Part shown: piece by piece, positions 37,876 through 49,900 of the stretch
Layout: the number at the start of each line of letters is the position of its first letter
Position numbering within the stretch: the first letter of the stretch is position 1
The notes under the pieces: model-generated
Told to the model about the DNA's origin: nothing
The model's input: the letters and a program-made list of their open reading frames with translations, nothing else
Databases searched by the model: none
Assembly (NCBI RefSeq): GCF_964204645.1
Contig: NC_134026.1
Coordinates: forward strand, 16,650,150 to 16,714,149
From: Tubulanus polymorphus
Lineage: Eukaryota > Animalia > Nemertea
DNA: 64,000 bases
Reading direction: 5' to 3'
Made by a program: the position numbers and the translations under genes

Positions 37876-39960
37876 TTAGAAATATTTCCCACCAGATTCT
37901 TTTCGTTTCCGGTAAAAAAACCGGGACAGTCTATTAGTTATATTTCTCTTCAATTTGTCGACTTCGACATCCGTATAATCCTGTAACAAAAGAGTCGGTT
38001 TTCCAGTAGGCATGCGTCGCAAAATACCATTTTCCAAAACATTCCACGACTGTCCACTGGTTTTACGGTAGAAAAGGTCGACTGAATTTCCATCTTTGCT
38101 TGTTTTGAACAGAAAGATATTTGGACGGATGTGGTTGCTGAAGTCAATGATATTTGGTCCTAACCAATCTCTGAAGTTCCAAAAGCCCTCTGCTTCTTCT
38201 CCAAGCGGCAGTAACGCCAATAGTTCGGGTAAATCCAACGCCTCGTTCTTGTTGAGGGTTCTGGACACTACGCTGAATAGATGGTCAATGTCCTCATGAG
38301 TGCGCCCGACATATAGAAAGCTCAACTGTACCTGGAGAAAGGATAAAATAATCACAGCCATATGTTATGCTTTATATTCTATCATTGTATAAAAGAGTAA
38401 AAAGAGGCAAAGGGAAATGATGTTGTAGATTTACCTGTAGGAAAACCTTTCTTCTTACTAGTAGTTCTAGAAAGCAAGCACGTATTTGTTTTTGTTTTCA
38501 CGGCTACAGTTGTCAGCCTGTACATAAAGGGTTGACGGCAGGTGTCCGTTCTGTAAGGAGAAAATTATCAACAATGTATTAAACGAATACAACGGGTGAT
38601 GATTCACCGACAAAGAGATCACCGTATACACTTATTCCCGGTATTGACATCTCATTACACTTCGTTTTACTTTTTAATTCAAATTGTACAATAACTTGCA
38701 TAACTTGATATTCGTTAACGAATTCTTAATAAGGGAATATTTTTCTTCCAGGGAATTTTTACGTTAACCATGAAAAATGTTCATTTAAAAAGCTGCCATG
38801 GGTGTCTCATTATCCGTGGATCATTGATAAACGCGCTGACCTGTGATAATTTCCCAAGAAGCGTTTTCATCAGAATGTTAATTGTCATGTTTGAGTCATG
38901 CTTATATTGTTGCACGCCCACATAACACTTCCGATATCTGTGGCCATGACTAATTATACCAGTCACATGCGTTTTCAACACCTGACCGGCAGACATTTCC
39001 TATAGTAAAAGGAATATTCAAAAACGTTGACAATTAATTGCTTGCTCAAACAAAGTACATGCTAAATATTTTCGATGAAATTAATGGCACTCATACCTTC
39101 GCCTTGGCTCCAATAAAATGCGGAATGCAAGTTTTATTTTGGTCCCGACTGAAATATTCATGAGGACTTTCTATCGACATATTCTTCCGTACGGTATACG
39201 CATGACGTTCAAGCCTGAAAAAGAACAAGTGAGAGCTTTGCATGTTTCTGGCAATCTCGACGCACGTTGAGCATTTAGAAAATTGATTCCCCTAGAACAG
39301 AAACGAAAAACTTAAGATGACACCATTATTGTGTGATATCCTATATTCCGATTAAACTCATAACAATGATATTTAACCTTTCTTATCTTGACAAAGAAGA
39401 ATGCTTCCTGCCATAATCGATAGAATGTGGACAGTCCAATGGATTCGATGTTTCGTTCATTGCAGTCTTCCACGTAAAGCTTATATTCTTTTTGTTATTC
39501 TTTTTGTAGCCACGCCATAGCATTTTTCGAGTTACCACTTAATCCACGCCCCGTAGTTAGAATTGATGTATCGGCTACACGGTAGCAAGTCATTTTAACT
39601 AACACCATAGATATTACACCATGCAGGAAGATTTCGTGACCATTTACTAAAAACTTTCTTCGTTTATATTGACTAGTCTCTGCTGCATTAGATAGGGTAA
39701 AAGTTATCAGTTCGTGTCGTTTTTCAATAGGCTTACTCCAGAAGCTCATTCTAATGGCTTTGGTTTCCACAACGGTGAAATTAAGCGTACAGTATTTACG
39801 GCAACACGTCCTCAGTGCATTCGTTATTGTGGAATCGGTTGTTTTTCGATCCAGTTGGCTTTGGCTCGGTTCTAGAAAACACGAAATACACGAAAACACG
39901 AAACTGTTATAACTCCAGTAGAAATCAATGTCATTATTCCTCCTAATTGGAATGAAGCGT
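37876..39960 (-). pseudogene. Intron-containing Sola-like DDE transposase pseudogene
   Basis: GT-AG bounded segments encode FSKCSTC, DQNKTCIPHF, THVTGIISHG...HDSNMTINIL, LPSTLYVQADNCSRENKNKYV and LSFLYVGRTHEDIDHLFS. Confidence 0.7.
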
Positions 39961-39984
39961 ATCCAACCAATTTTTGTAATTCTG

Positions 39985-40500
39985 TCATAACTTTTTAATA
40001 TAATTTTTCCGATAAATTCCTTTGATTTTCCACCAGCAATCAATAGTTCTAGATGGTGCTTACATGTTAAATAATATTCATAATCAATATTATCATTTTG
40101 AATACATTTAGAAACAACTGTATCATTATTGCCAGTAATGCCCAAATCCTCAATGGTCTTTTCAATATCAGATTTCTTTGACATTTATTTTAGCAAAAAA
40201 GCGAAAAAAAATATTATAAAATGATACTAGCATAATACTTTGTGTGATACTAGTGTTAGATAAGTAATACTAGCTGTTTTTTTATTTGAATCTGTTCACA
40301 ATCTATTCAATCAAGTGTTAACTAGAATTGCACAAGATAATATTTGAAATATAATAGAATTCACTTTAAAGTTGAAGATATGTAATTTTTATTCAGTTCT
40401 TATCAAAATCTATTTAATCTAGTGTTAACTAGAATTGCAAAAGAAAATATTAAAAATATAATAGAATTCACTATATAGTTGAAGTTATTGTTTTTTTAAT
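39985..40500 (-). mobile_element. Polinton fragment: 5' end of a small gene plus CTAG-rich ~107-bp repeats
   Basis: AT-rich. MSKKSDIEK...LELLIAGGKSKEFIGK starts at 40184 with TAAATG. Repeat AATC(A/T)AGTGTTAACTAGAATTGC at 40309 and 40416. Confidence 0.55.
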
Positions 40501-41386
40501 ACTTTTTATTTAAATTAGGATTCAATATCTCACTACTATTGTCTATCTATAGGAGCGGTAACTATAACTGTCCAGATCAGTCATTTCGTATCCTCGATAT
40601 TAAATTCTCAAACTGAAAATCAATTCAACGAAACGCCTGGTAGAATTACTATTTCATAAACACATATATTTTAATCTACAGTCAGTATCGATTTCCAACT
40701 CCCAAAGGCCCGGTAAGGTATGCGTGGAATGTGTGGAATGCAGGAATCAATAAAGTATGATAGAACATCTGTCACTGTAACCATTAACAACGACTGAATG
40801 ACGCAATTGAAATTCCGGCAAACGTAATGCATTGAAAGTCTATACAGTATGGCTAAACTGCTACAGTCTCATGAGTTGAAATATCCGTAATTTAGATTTC
40901 ACATCCTTCCATATTCACTTTCATGACTCAAATAGCAATGGTCATCTTGTTACGCGTAGCATTTGGTTATCTAAAAGATAAATATCTAACGTAGAATAAA
41001 ACTAACTTGAGGTTGTAGTTGTCAAATATGAATTACAGCGCTGAACATGTTTAACGTTTCCCAACACCTTAATAACAACAAAAACGGTCATTACATCTAT
41101 AACTGTAAACTCCTAATTGTGTTTCTAGAGAGAAAACCTATGCGTTCTGTATATTCCGTCTCTTCAGTTCGGTGCTCCAATGTGATGTAATGCGTCTGCG
41201 CTATGGAACGCTAGTGACAGCTGTTCTTTTATGATGAAATTGATTAGGCCTAATTCTTTTCAACTGAAAGCGTTCGATCAATATTCAAATGAGGTACTCC
41301 CCATTCAACTAGCTGCGACACAGATGCTAGTATAATTGCATATAGACAGTTTGACATAGATCGAGAGTAACCGGTTTTCTAAGCGC

Positions 41387-42097
41387 TTAAGATTCAACGT
41401 ATTTTTCATTCTGTGTTGAGTTCCATAATTCAATAAATGTCTTAGCTTTATCCAGTTGATCTAAATATAATTTCATTTCTAGTTTGTTACCTTTCCTAAT
41501 ATTTTCAACTTCTTCTAAAGGTCTTAAGTTCTTCCAGCTCCATATTAACTTCTGATTGTGTTCATCATTCATGTTAAATTTAGATATTGGTAACACATGA
41601 TCAATATGAAAGTATTCACCATAGTTTTTTTCATTCATTTTATCGTCGAATTGATATAAAGTCCATGATTTGAGAAATTCATCTGAACACCCCAACAAAT
41701 TAGATAGTGTAACTGAATGCTTTTCTTTACTGAATAATTTTGTTAATCTAGAACTTAAACATTGTTTCAATTTTTTATTAAGATCCGTTTTATATCTTTC
41801 TTTTTGGTAATTATCTTGATACTCAATATAATGTTCTCTATTATCTTTTTTTCCAATCTCTTAAATATTCTGGATTATCATTTCGCCATCCTTTTTGATA
41901 ATCCGGATTATTTGCTCGGTATTGCTTATTCATTTCTTTAACACAAGTTCTACAATAACTTTGCTTACCATCTTTCTGAGTTTTATAATTATAATATTCT
42001 GAGAGTTGTTTATCAATTCACATTTTGAACATTTCTCATGATAAATATTAACAACACTATTTGTAATATTGATAGTTTGTGATTGTTCCGGCTCCAT
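41387..42097 (-). pseudogene. HNH endonuclease with N-terminal CxxC/CxxC finger, immediately downstream of PolB
   Basis: KCSKC...DGKQSYCRTC, then LLGCS.EFLKSW..YQF...MN..NYG..FHIDHVLP.SKF...NLRPL...ENIRKGNK. Frameshifted in the 5' half. Confidence 0.8.
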
Positions 42098-42127
42098 TTT
42101 TTATACATATTTTTTACTGAAATTTGA

Positions 42128-43730
42128 TTAACATGCTAGAATCCTTTTCATAATCTCTTTCTCGTTTGTTTCTTCTCTTTTAAATTTTAGATATTCTTCT
42201 AAATTGCAACCATAAGCACTTCAATAAACATCTCGTGGTACTCAGATCTTTAACATTTCATCTTATGTTTTCTAACTTCTTCATTAAATATACAATTAAT
42301 GTAATCTTTGAAATGAATATTCTTTTCAAGAACGCTTTTGGTAATTCCTTTTAACTTTTTAGCTTCATGAGTTTTAGTTTTATATGAATACATTTTAGAT
42401 CGAATTCCAATGAATTCAATCATTTCTTCACCTCCTAATTCATCTTTGAATTTACCGGGCACCTTTTTATTTTCATTGTTAAACAGTTCATGATCTTTAG
42501 GATAATTACTGAAATCAAAATGATGTTTTAATGTTTTTAAATCATCTGTTATATTATTAGTTTTAATCTTTAATATGTAACTGTCGGTATCAAAATATAA
42601 GATTTCTATATGCTTTTCACCAAAATGAGGTTGTAATACGTTATAATAGAATTCATACATTAATAATTTTGATATTTCTAAAACTGAAGCACCAACATAA
42701 ATTGGGATATGTTTGTAAAATGTCTATTTCTGATATTTTCACAAGTCTTACCATAGAATGCATTATTCATTAGTTTGAAGAAATCTTTCTCAAAATCAGT
42801 TTTAGCTTTAGTTCTCTGTTTGGTGTTAAAATCTATATATTTTTCCAACCATTTAGATTGACTAAATGAAACATATGTATGTACTTTTTTTAGAACCATT
42901 CCTTGATTCAAAGAAAACTTCAACATTCTATAATGCACTACATAATTATATTTATCTTCCTGAGTTACAATTAACTTTTCTGTATGAATATGATTTTCAG
43001 GTTTAATTTTTTTTTGGTAATTTGAAAATGCTTCATGCGTAACAATTTTATGTTCGGGACAGTAAGCTAGATTTCTAGATTTAAATTTTTTATCTTCAGG
43101 ATATTCTAAATCTTCAACAAAGAAGTACCCAGTGTCTGAATCATCTGCAATATCTAGAATTCTTTTCTTCCAATCAAATTTATCATTATTTTCACATTGT
43201 AAAACTTCACTTATTTCAAATACTCCATAAGGTTGTGGTTCCATCATTGCCCAACCATATAGATTATTTGCATCTATATATAATAACTTATATCCAGGAT
43301 TACCATTTACATTGAAATATCTATCACCTAATACGCCTGAAACTCCTCTTATAGATTTTTCAAATAATAATAATTGATCTATATTTGTTAACAAATCAAT
43401 TTTTATATCTGTAAATTTTAATCCACAATCCCAAGCTAAACCTGGACTAGAATAACAATGGCAAGGATCAATATTGAAATATTTTAGATTTACATCTCTA
43501 AACCTTTCAAATATATCAGTTAATAATAATACATCTGATTTAAATATAAATCTACTAATTGTCCATGATTTTTCATTCTAAAATGATTCCAAATATTCAA
43601 TATTCTATCATAGACTTCATCTTTAAAACATATTCATTTTTCAATTCATTGTTCTATTAATAATTCAATTATATTGAAATCATTATGTGATTTATAAAAT
43701 GAATATGGAATTGCGCCTTTATATCTCATT
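42128..43730 (-). pseudogene. polB: Polinton protein-primed PolB, polymerase domain
   Basis: YIDANNLYGWAM (motif A), KLMNNAFYGKT (B), YFDTDS (C), KVPGKFKDE, RSKMYS. Close paralog of 62390-64000 with internal deletions. Confidence 0.93.
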
Positions 43731-43756
43731 TATCTCTATTATATCTCATTCATTAT

Positions 43757-43880
43757 TTGCGCTTGCGCTTGCGCTGCGCTGCGCTGCGCTGCGCTGCGCT
43801 GCGCTGCGCTGCGCTGCGCTGCGATGCGATGCGATTGCTATTGCTATTGCTATTGCTATTATTATTATTATTATTATTAT
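43757..43880. repeat. Compound microsatellite (GCGCT)n(GCGAT)n(TATTGC)n(TAT)n
   Basis: Seen directly. Confidence 0.95.
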
Positions 43881-45557
43881 TTTCCACACTTTTTTGTCAA
43901 AACTACATAGGCTTTTTTACATTACCGCTGTTGCCGACACAATCCGCCTGATATCATTCAGCTCACTTCGATCTACAAATACTCCGTGCGTATTTTGAAG
44001 AATCAACATTACAAAAGCACTGTCGGGCCGTAAAACATCGAAAATTGAGCCCCATTCAAAGAGCCGACACGTTTTTCTAAGTCGTCTTTCCGAAGCTACC
44101 GCACGTTTCTTGTCACGTCGATTATCAATTCAAGCATTAATTAACAAATTTATTACCCAAAGATTGCACATTCAGCCGCGGTTTTTAAAAACTAATTTAA
44201 ACAATAGCCCATTTTCCTCATCAAATCATATTACTGATACACAGGAAATTTACTACTTTAGATTCTAAAAGCACTGTCGAGCCGTAAACATCGACTAATC
44301 GACGTGTGTCGCTACATCGTCGTTCCGGGGATCAGCTGCGAGTTTCTTCTCATCATGAGAATCAAATCGAGTACAAATTTATTTAATACTACCAGTGAGG
44401 CCACGGGCTTCATGTAGTTAGTTTAACAATACCTTTTTTCTTTACAAAATTAACCGTGTATTTACTAAGATGTCGTAGGCCTAAACTAAACACGCCAAAG
44501 AGATATAGAGGAGAAACGCTGTTATGTCGACGAGGTATCAAAAGAAAAGAATATATTACTTCATTCGGCCGCGGGCTTCAACCATTTATCAATACTCTAT
44601 ATTTCCTACAGTACATACCGATCTTTGTCAAATGCACAAGGTATTTACTAAATACAAGTATATAACACACTCCTATCCGTATGCTTGACTCGCATTCGGG
44701 GAAAGCGTTCGCCGTGGGGGAAAGGAGATCGTTCGCTGTGTCGCTTGAATTGTTTACGCGACCTTAAGCCTTTAGGCCTACCGGTACTGACCTTTACTGT
44801 CTCAAACAAACACAATATAATTGTTGCGTTTATTAACGGACTCATTGGATTGAACTTCAAAACAAAATTTACGACATTTACGAGGGTTGTTATTCAATAG
44901 GCCTTCGACCAATCTGTCCGGATGTTAGGCCTACGCATAAACATAGGCCTACATAGGCTAGTAGCCTCTACTAGGTTAATGCTAAGTTCACTGTAAAGGA
45001 GGAATCAGATTTATTAAAATGCATGTTAATTTAGTGATTAACTGGTTCTGACTTGCAACGATCAATCACAATTATCAATTTTATTGCTGAAAATGAAGAA
45101 AAGTTTTGGTTCAAAGAAAAAGCGTATTGTTCGATCAAACAGAATTGTTTTCATTCGAACAAGATTTTCTTGTCGGAACATTAAGTTTTTGGGTCAAACA
45201 GCGTGTTAAGGTCGTTTTGGAAATTTACTCGGTCTGGTATATTTTGGATTACTGTGTATGTCATTTGTCAGGACATTAAACAGAAGACGACTTAGGATAC
45301 TACCTTGCGTGACTCCACTAGTTAGACCGACTTATTCCAAGATGAGGCGTTCCGTTGATTTCGGCTACAAGTTTTCGTTCAGAGATAACAACTGAGTCAT
45401 TTGAGCGACAGTATCATTGATACTGTTTCCTAATAGCCTGTTTAGTAATGGCTGATGTTGTGCCTTATGTTGTGCCAAATGTTTTGTCGAAATCCACCGT
45501 TGAACAGCATTCTAAGACTGTGCAGAAAACCCGTTATCGCTGCTTTGCAGCTATATT
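43881..45557 (+). repeat. Left arm of a large inverted duplication
   Basis: 43881-45100 matches the reverse complement of 55135-56410, and 45100-45557 matches the reverse complement of 47155-47590. Confidence 0.85.
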
Positions 45558-45564
45558 TTTTTGA

Positions 45565-45727
45565 TTAAAATTGATTTTAGAAGTTATTCATTTTTATATT
45601 TTAAGAGTAATAGGGAATAAGTTGTTTCGTATCAAAGGTTGAAAGGTCGAAAAATAAATTGAGTGTGCGAGAATTTATTTTTCGACCTTTCGACCTTTGG
45701 TATGAAACAACTTATTCCCTATTACTC
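45565..45727 (-). repeat. Isolated Polinton PolB-proximal end with a 56-bp-arm palindrome
   Basis: Arms 45605-45660 and 45672-45727 (three mismatches) around loop GAGTGTGCGAG. 45565-45620 matches the sequence upstream of PolB at 16075 and 60070-60133. Confidence 0.85.
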
Positions 45728-45729
45728 CT

Positions 45730-46125
45730 ATGCATATTTTGTTACCACAATCAATTGGAAGGTTGTAGCTCATGACATGGTCTATGATTGTAGTGAGATT
45801 CAAGTTCATTGGTTTTTTATATATGGCCACCAGGGGCGTTGAAGAATACAATAACATAGTATTTCCTTATTATATTAATACTAGGCATATTTTTTACCAT
45901 GATCAATTAAAAAGTTGTAGCTCATGACATGTCCTATAATTATGATTAGTTTCAAAGTCATTGGGCTTTGCATATGGTCACCATCGGTCGCTGTATAGTA
46001 GAATAACTTAGTATTTCCATATTATAGTAGTAACTAGGCAAATTTTGTTACCAAAATCGATTTTAAAATGGTAGCTGCTGAATTGTTCTATGATTGTGGT
46101 GAGTTTCAAGGTCATTGAATTTTTT
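45730..46125. repeat. ~152-bp tandem repeat, about 2.6 diverged units
   Basis: GTTGTAGCTCATGACATG and TAGTATTTCC.TATTATA...ACTAGGCA recur with this period. Confidence 0.8.
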
Positions 46126-47204
46126 CAAGGTAATTGGGTAGGGCTTTGAATACTGAAATTGTTAGATTGTTGATGATTTGAAACCACTTCCAAGTGGGCA
46201 TGGTGTCCCTGGACCCCTAGTTCATATGAGATGTTGAAATGGAATGGTCTTTTATATGACTAAACTAGGTCATGATATCATCCAATATGGCCGACTGGCA
46301 GCAATCTTCAATTCTGAAATTATATATTTTGGTCATTAACGCTAAGATTTTTTTTATCATTGTATGTCATTTGGCATGGGCTTTCACATGACCACACTCG
46401 GTTTTGAAGTCATCCAAAATGGCCGACTTTCGATTTTGAAATTATATATTTTAGTTATAAACTCAAAAAGTTTTCCAGATAGGGCTTCGATATCATTGCG
46501 TATGAAACTGTAAACTTGCATGAACTACCATATGACCAAACAAGGTCACGATGTCGCACTAAATGGCAGCCTGTGCATTCATTTAGCACAGGAAAAAGCA
46601 GGCTTAAATGAGTTCGCAGTTTGTTGTTTTGTTTTCATACATTTTTTGTCCATGTTGAGCTCTTCATCACAGTCACTGAAGGTTCGCCATAAGGTGTTTC
46701 GGGGGTAAATTAAGCCCATCAAATTTCATGTAATATGCATTATGACTGGTCTGTGCCTAGCTGCCCATTATTCCTGCAAATTTGATCGTTTCCTTCTATG
46801 TATAGGCCTACTAGTTCTTCTGATTCACGGGGATCATTTTCTGCCGATTTATTTAGCGGACAGTTAATTACATTGGTTGGTTAATCGCTTGAAACTGGTT
46901 TGACCATAGTTTCCTTGTTTAACGACAATCACTGGCCACGCGATTGGATGATTTACACTCACGGCATAGATGACTTCAAAATATATGTGACCACTACTGA
47001 AATATTATGTAATAGTAAATACATATATCAAAATTGCCGAATTTCGTGAAATTCGGCATGATCTCCTAAATATCATATCCTGTTCCAGTAAAAGTAGATG
47101 TCGCCTTTATAATTCCAGTTTTTATCGATCTATTAACATAATAATAATAATAAATATAGCTGCATAGCAGCGATAACGGGTTTTCTGCACAGTCTTGAAT
47201 CCTG

Positions 47205-47420
47205 TTCAACGGTGGATTTCGACAAAGCATTTGATAAGGTTCAACATCAGCCATTACTAAACAGGCTATTAGAAAATGGTATCAATGATAGGTCGCTCAA
47301 ATGGCTCAGCAGTTATCTCTGAACGAAAACTTGTAGCCGAAATCAACGGAATCTTGGAATAAGTCGGTCTAACTAGTGGAGTCACGCAAAGTAGTATCCT
47401 AAGTCGTCTTATGTTTAATG
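47205..47420 (+). pseudogene. LINE reverse transcriptase fragment (mirror copy at ~45290-45505 on -)
   Basis: VDFDKAFDKVQHQPLLNRL...LKWLSSYL...LTSGVTQSSILS. Confidence 0.7.
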
Positions 47421-47479
47421 TTCTAAAATACAGAGTAATCTAAAATATACCAGACCGAGTAAATTTCCGACCTTAACAC

Positions 47480-48032
47480 ACCGTTCGACCAAAAAACTTA
47501 ATGTTCCGACAAGAAAATCTTGTTCGAATGAAAACAATTCTGTTTGATCGAACAATACGCTTTTTGTTTGAACCAAAACTTTTTTTCATTCTGACAAAAA
47601 TGTGTTCGAATAAAAGGCTATGTTATTGTTGAAATGAAGAACTTTTTGTCCCGGCAAAGAAATTTGGTTGAGCGAAAACAACTTTTTTGGAACGAATGAA
47701 AACAATTCTGTTCGATTGAACGAAATACTTAATACTTTTGGTTCGGAGAAAAAACTTTTTACAATATACTTGTTCGAAACGAAAACTTAATGTTTTTGAC
47801 AAGAAAATTCTGTTCAAATTAAAACGATTCTGTTTGATCGAATGATTGTTCGAACGAAAGACCTTTCGTTTGGACAAATAAAGTTTGTTCAACTTTGTTC
47901 TAACGATTTTTTCAAATTGGTTCAATCGAACAGAATATTATTGATACGAACGAAATAAATTTTGTTCCGACGAAAGGATTTTCAAGCGAAAGGTCTTATG
48001 AACGAAAAAAAAAGATATTTCTGGGGCTCCGT
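47480..48032. repeat. Degenerate TGTTCGAACGAAAA-type tandem array, probably a non-autonomous DNA element
   Basis: Repeated TTCGAA/ACGAAA motifs, ending in GGGGCTCCGTA. Confidence 0.6.
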
Positions 48033-48042
48033 AGTAACTTAA

Positions 48043-48370
48043 AGCCGGACGTAGGTCGGCCTTGCGACGCGATGCGATCCTCGTGTTGCATCGCAAGTAT
48101 CGCTGCAAGTCGGTTGCGAAACGATTGTCAGTGACTGTGTGCGACTAGTTTCTGCCAGTCGCAAGAGCACGTAGGTCGGTTGTGACAGCCGTGTCGCGTC
48201 GCAGAAAGTAGAACACGTGCGACTCCTTGTGACTGGCGTTGCTGACAGTCGCAATCCGTCACAAGGGAGCGTAGGTCAATGAGTCGTTGCGACACAATCG
48301 TCGCTGGCGGTCGCAATGAATGGCGTCGCAGTGAGTCACAAGCCTTCGCAAAGCCGACCTATATCCGGCA
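48043..48370. mobile_element. Harbinger/Tourist-type MITE
   Basis: ~25-bp imperfect TIR AGCCGGACGTAGGTCGGCCTTGCGA with TSD TAA on both sides. Internal TCGCA/TGCGA repeats. Confidence 0.8.
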
Positions 48371-49206
48371 TAAGTCATTATAGACGGGCACCAAAGACCA
48401 ACATTTTGGTACTTCCGTTCAACAGAGATACCATATGGACAAATTTGGTATCATTCGAAAGCTTTGCATCTAGGCTTCGGGGAATCGATATCCGTTTCCA
48501 TGGAAACTGGTGCAATTTCCATGGAAACGGATACCAAGGAAACCAATACCTAATTTGATTTCATAGATAGAAATCCTTTAAAAAGTATGTAGCTCCTAAA
48601 CCAAGGTCCTAAGTAGCCCGCTATTACACTAATTTTAGGTTTTCGTGTATGGGCTTTCATTTCGTAACATTTATTTTGTCGGTCCCTATACAAGAAACTG
48701 GGGTAGTGGAGCTATTTTCCACTAAAATATCAAAGAAGTCAATGAATGAATCAATCTTGTCACTTTCTATGTGCTGATACTTTGAACGATTCGTGTCTGC
48801 AATGAAGCAGGGGGTCGGGTTTTCGAGGTTTATTGTGACATTTCGGTGATTGTTGTGTCAGTAACCATGACAACCGCATAATTTGTATCATATAGGTATC
48901 TCGTATTATGGATATCAATGGATTTTCAAGTAACATTATCTCAAAATTCATGATATATAGAAGAATTCTAATTGGTTTCGGGTTGTATTTTGATATACAG
49001 GTTATTATATTGTGCCATTTTCAAACTGATAACCTGGGACTATTTCACAGGCTCACTTAACATTTCATTAAAATTCCATTAGTATTGTATCATCATGACA
49101 TGAAATTATCAGTCATTTTCGTTAGATAAGCCGGACATTCCTAAAATGATTCAGATATATCAAAAGAGAAGATAAATCAGAATTTATCTAATGCAGCATG
49201 TATCTT

Positions 49207-49830
49207 CATTTATTTATTTGTTTATTTGCGTCAGACCATGAAGGTACATATATACATATAAATAATTCATACAAAATGCATCTCATGCAATTAGTAACGT
49301 ATACTATTACTACAAAATAGATAGGATTTACAATGAATTTGATTAAAAAGAACTACGTACATCTAATTAGTGAACTAATGATAGCCAATTAAGTGAAAAG
49401 TCAGTTGACGTAAGAGAAATAAGTAGACTGATTGAGCTCATAGATAGTCCTGCCCTGAGGGAATTAACACGGATTGATTCTCCAAAAGAAAGAGTTTTAG
49501 AAAATGCAAACATCTGTGAAGCACTACAGAATCTAGGCAACTTGCAGTAATCGAAAAGAATTGTATACAAACTTTTTATAAGTTGCTTGTGTAAATTTAA
49601 ACCATAATGTAGAACAGTAAAGAGAGGTACAGTATTACTGAATCAGAGCATTGTGAGAATTTGTTAACTAGTTGATTCCCCCTAGCGCACACTTGCCGGT
49701 ATAACTTTTTATATGTAAATCATCCTGCAGATCATTACTGATGATGTACACTAAATATTTATATTGGTTAACTGCCATCAATTTAACACCATTTAGCAAT
49801 ATATGAGGAAAATCCTTGATTTTTAACTTT
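49207..49830 (-). mobile_element. 3' fragment of an L2-group LINE inside the Academ element
   Basis: ILLNGVKL..VNQYKYL.YIISNDLQDD and SLYCSTLW motifs, with a (TAAA)n tail at ~49207-49228. Confidence 0.6.
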
Positions 49831-49900
49831 TCGTAGAATAACCTCAAACGATTTTTAACTTTTAATTTGTACATAGTGGGTTTTTATCTTCATTCAACCA

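Noticed and set aside
39495-40184. 229-aa ORF as a single gene
   Set aside because: It is a chance read-through: an AT-rich Polinton gene start joined near 39985 to the N-terminal region of the Sola-like transposase.
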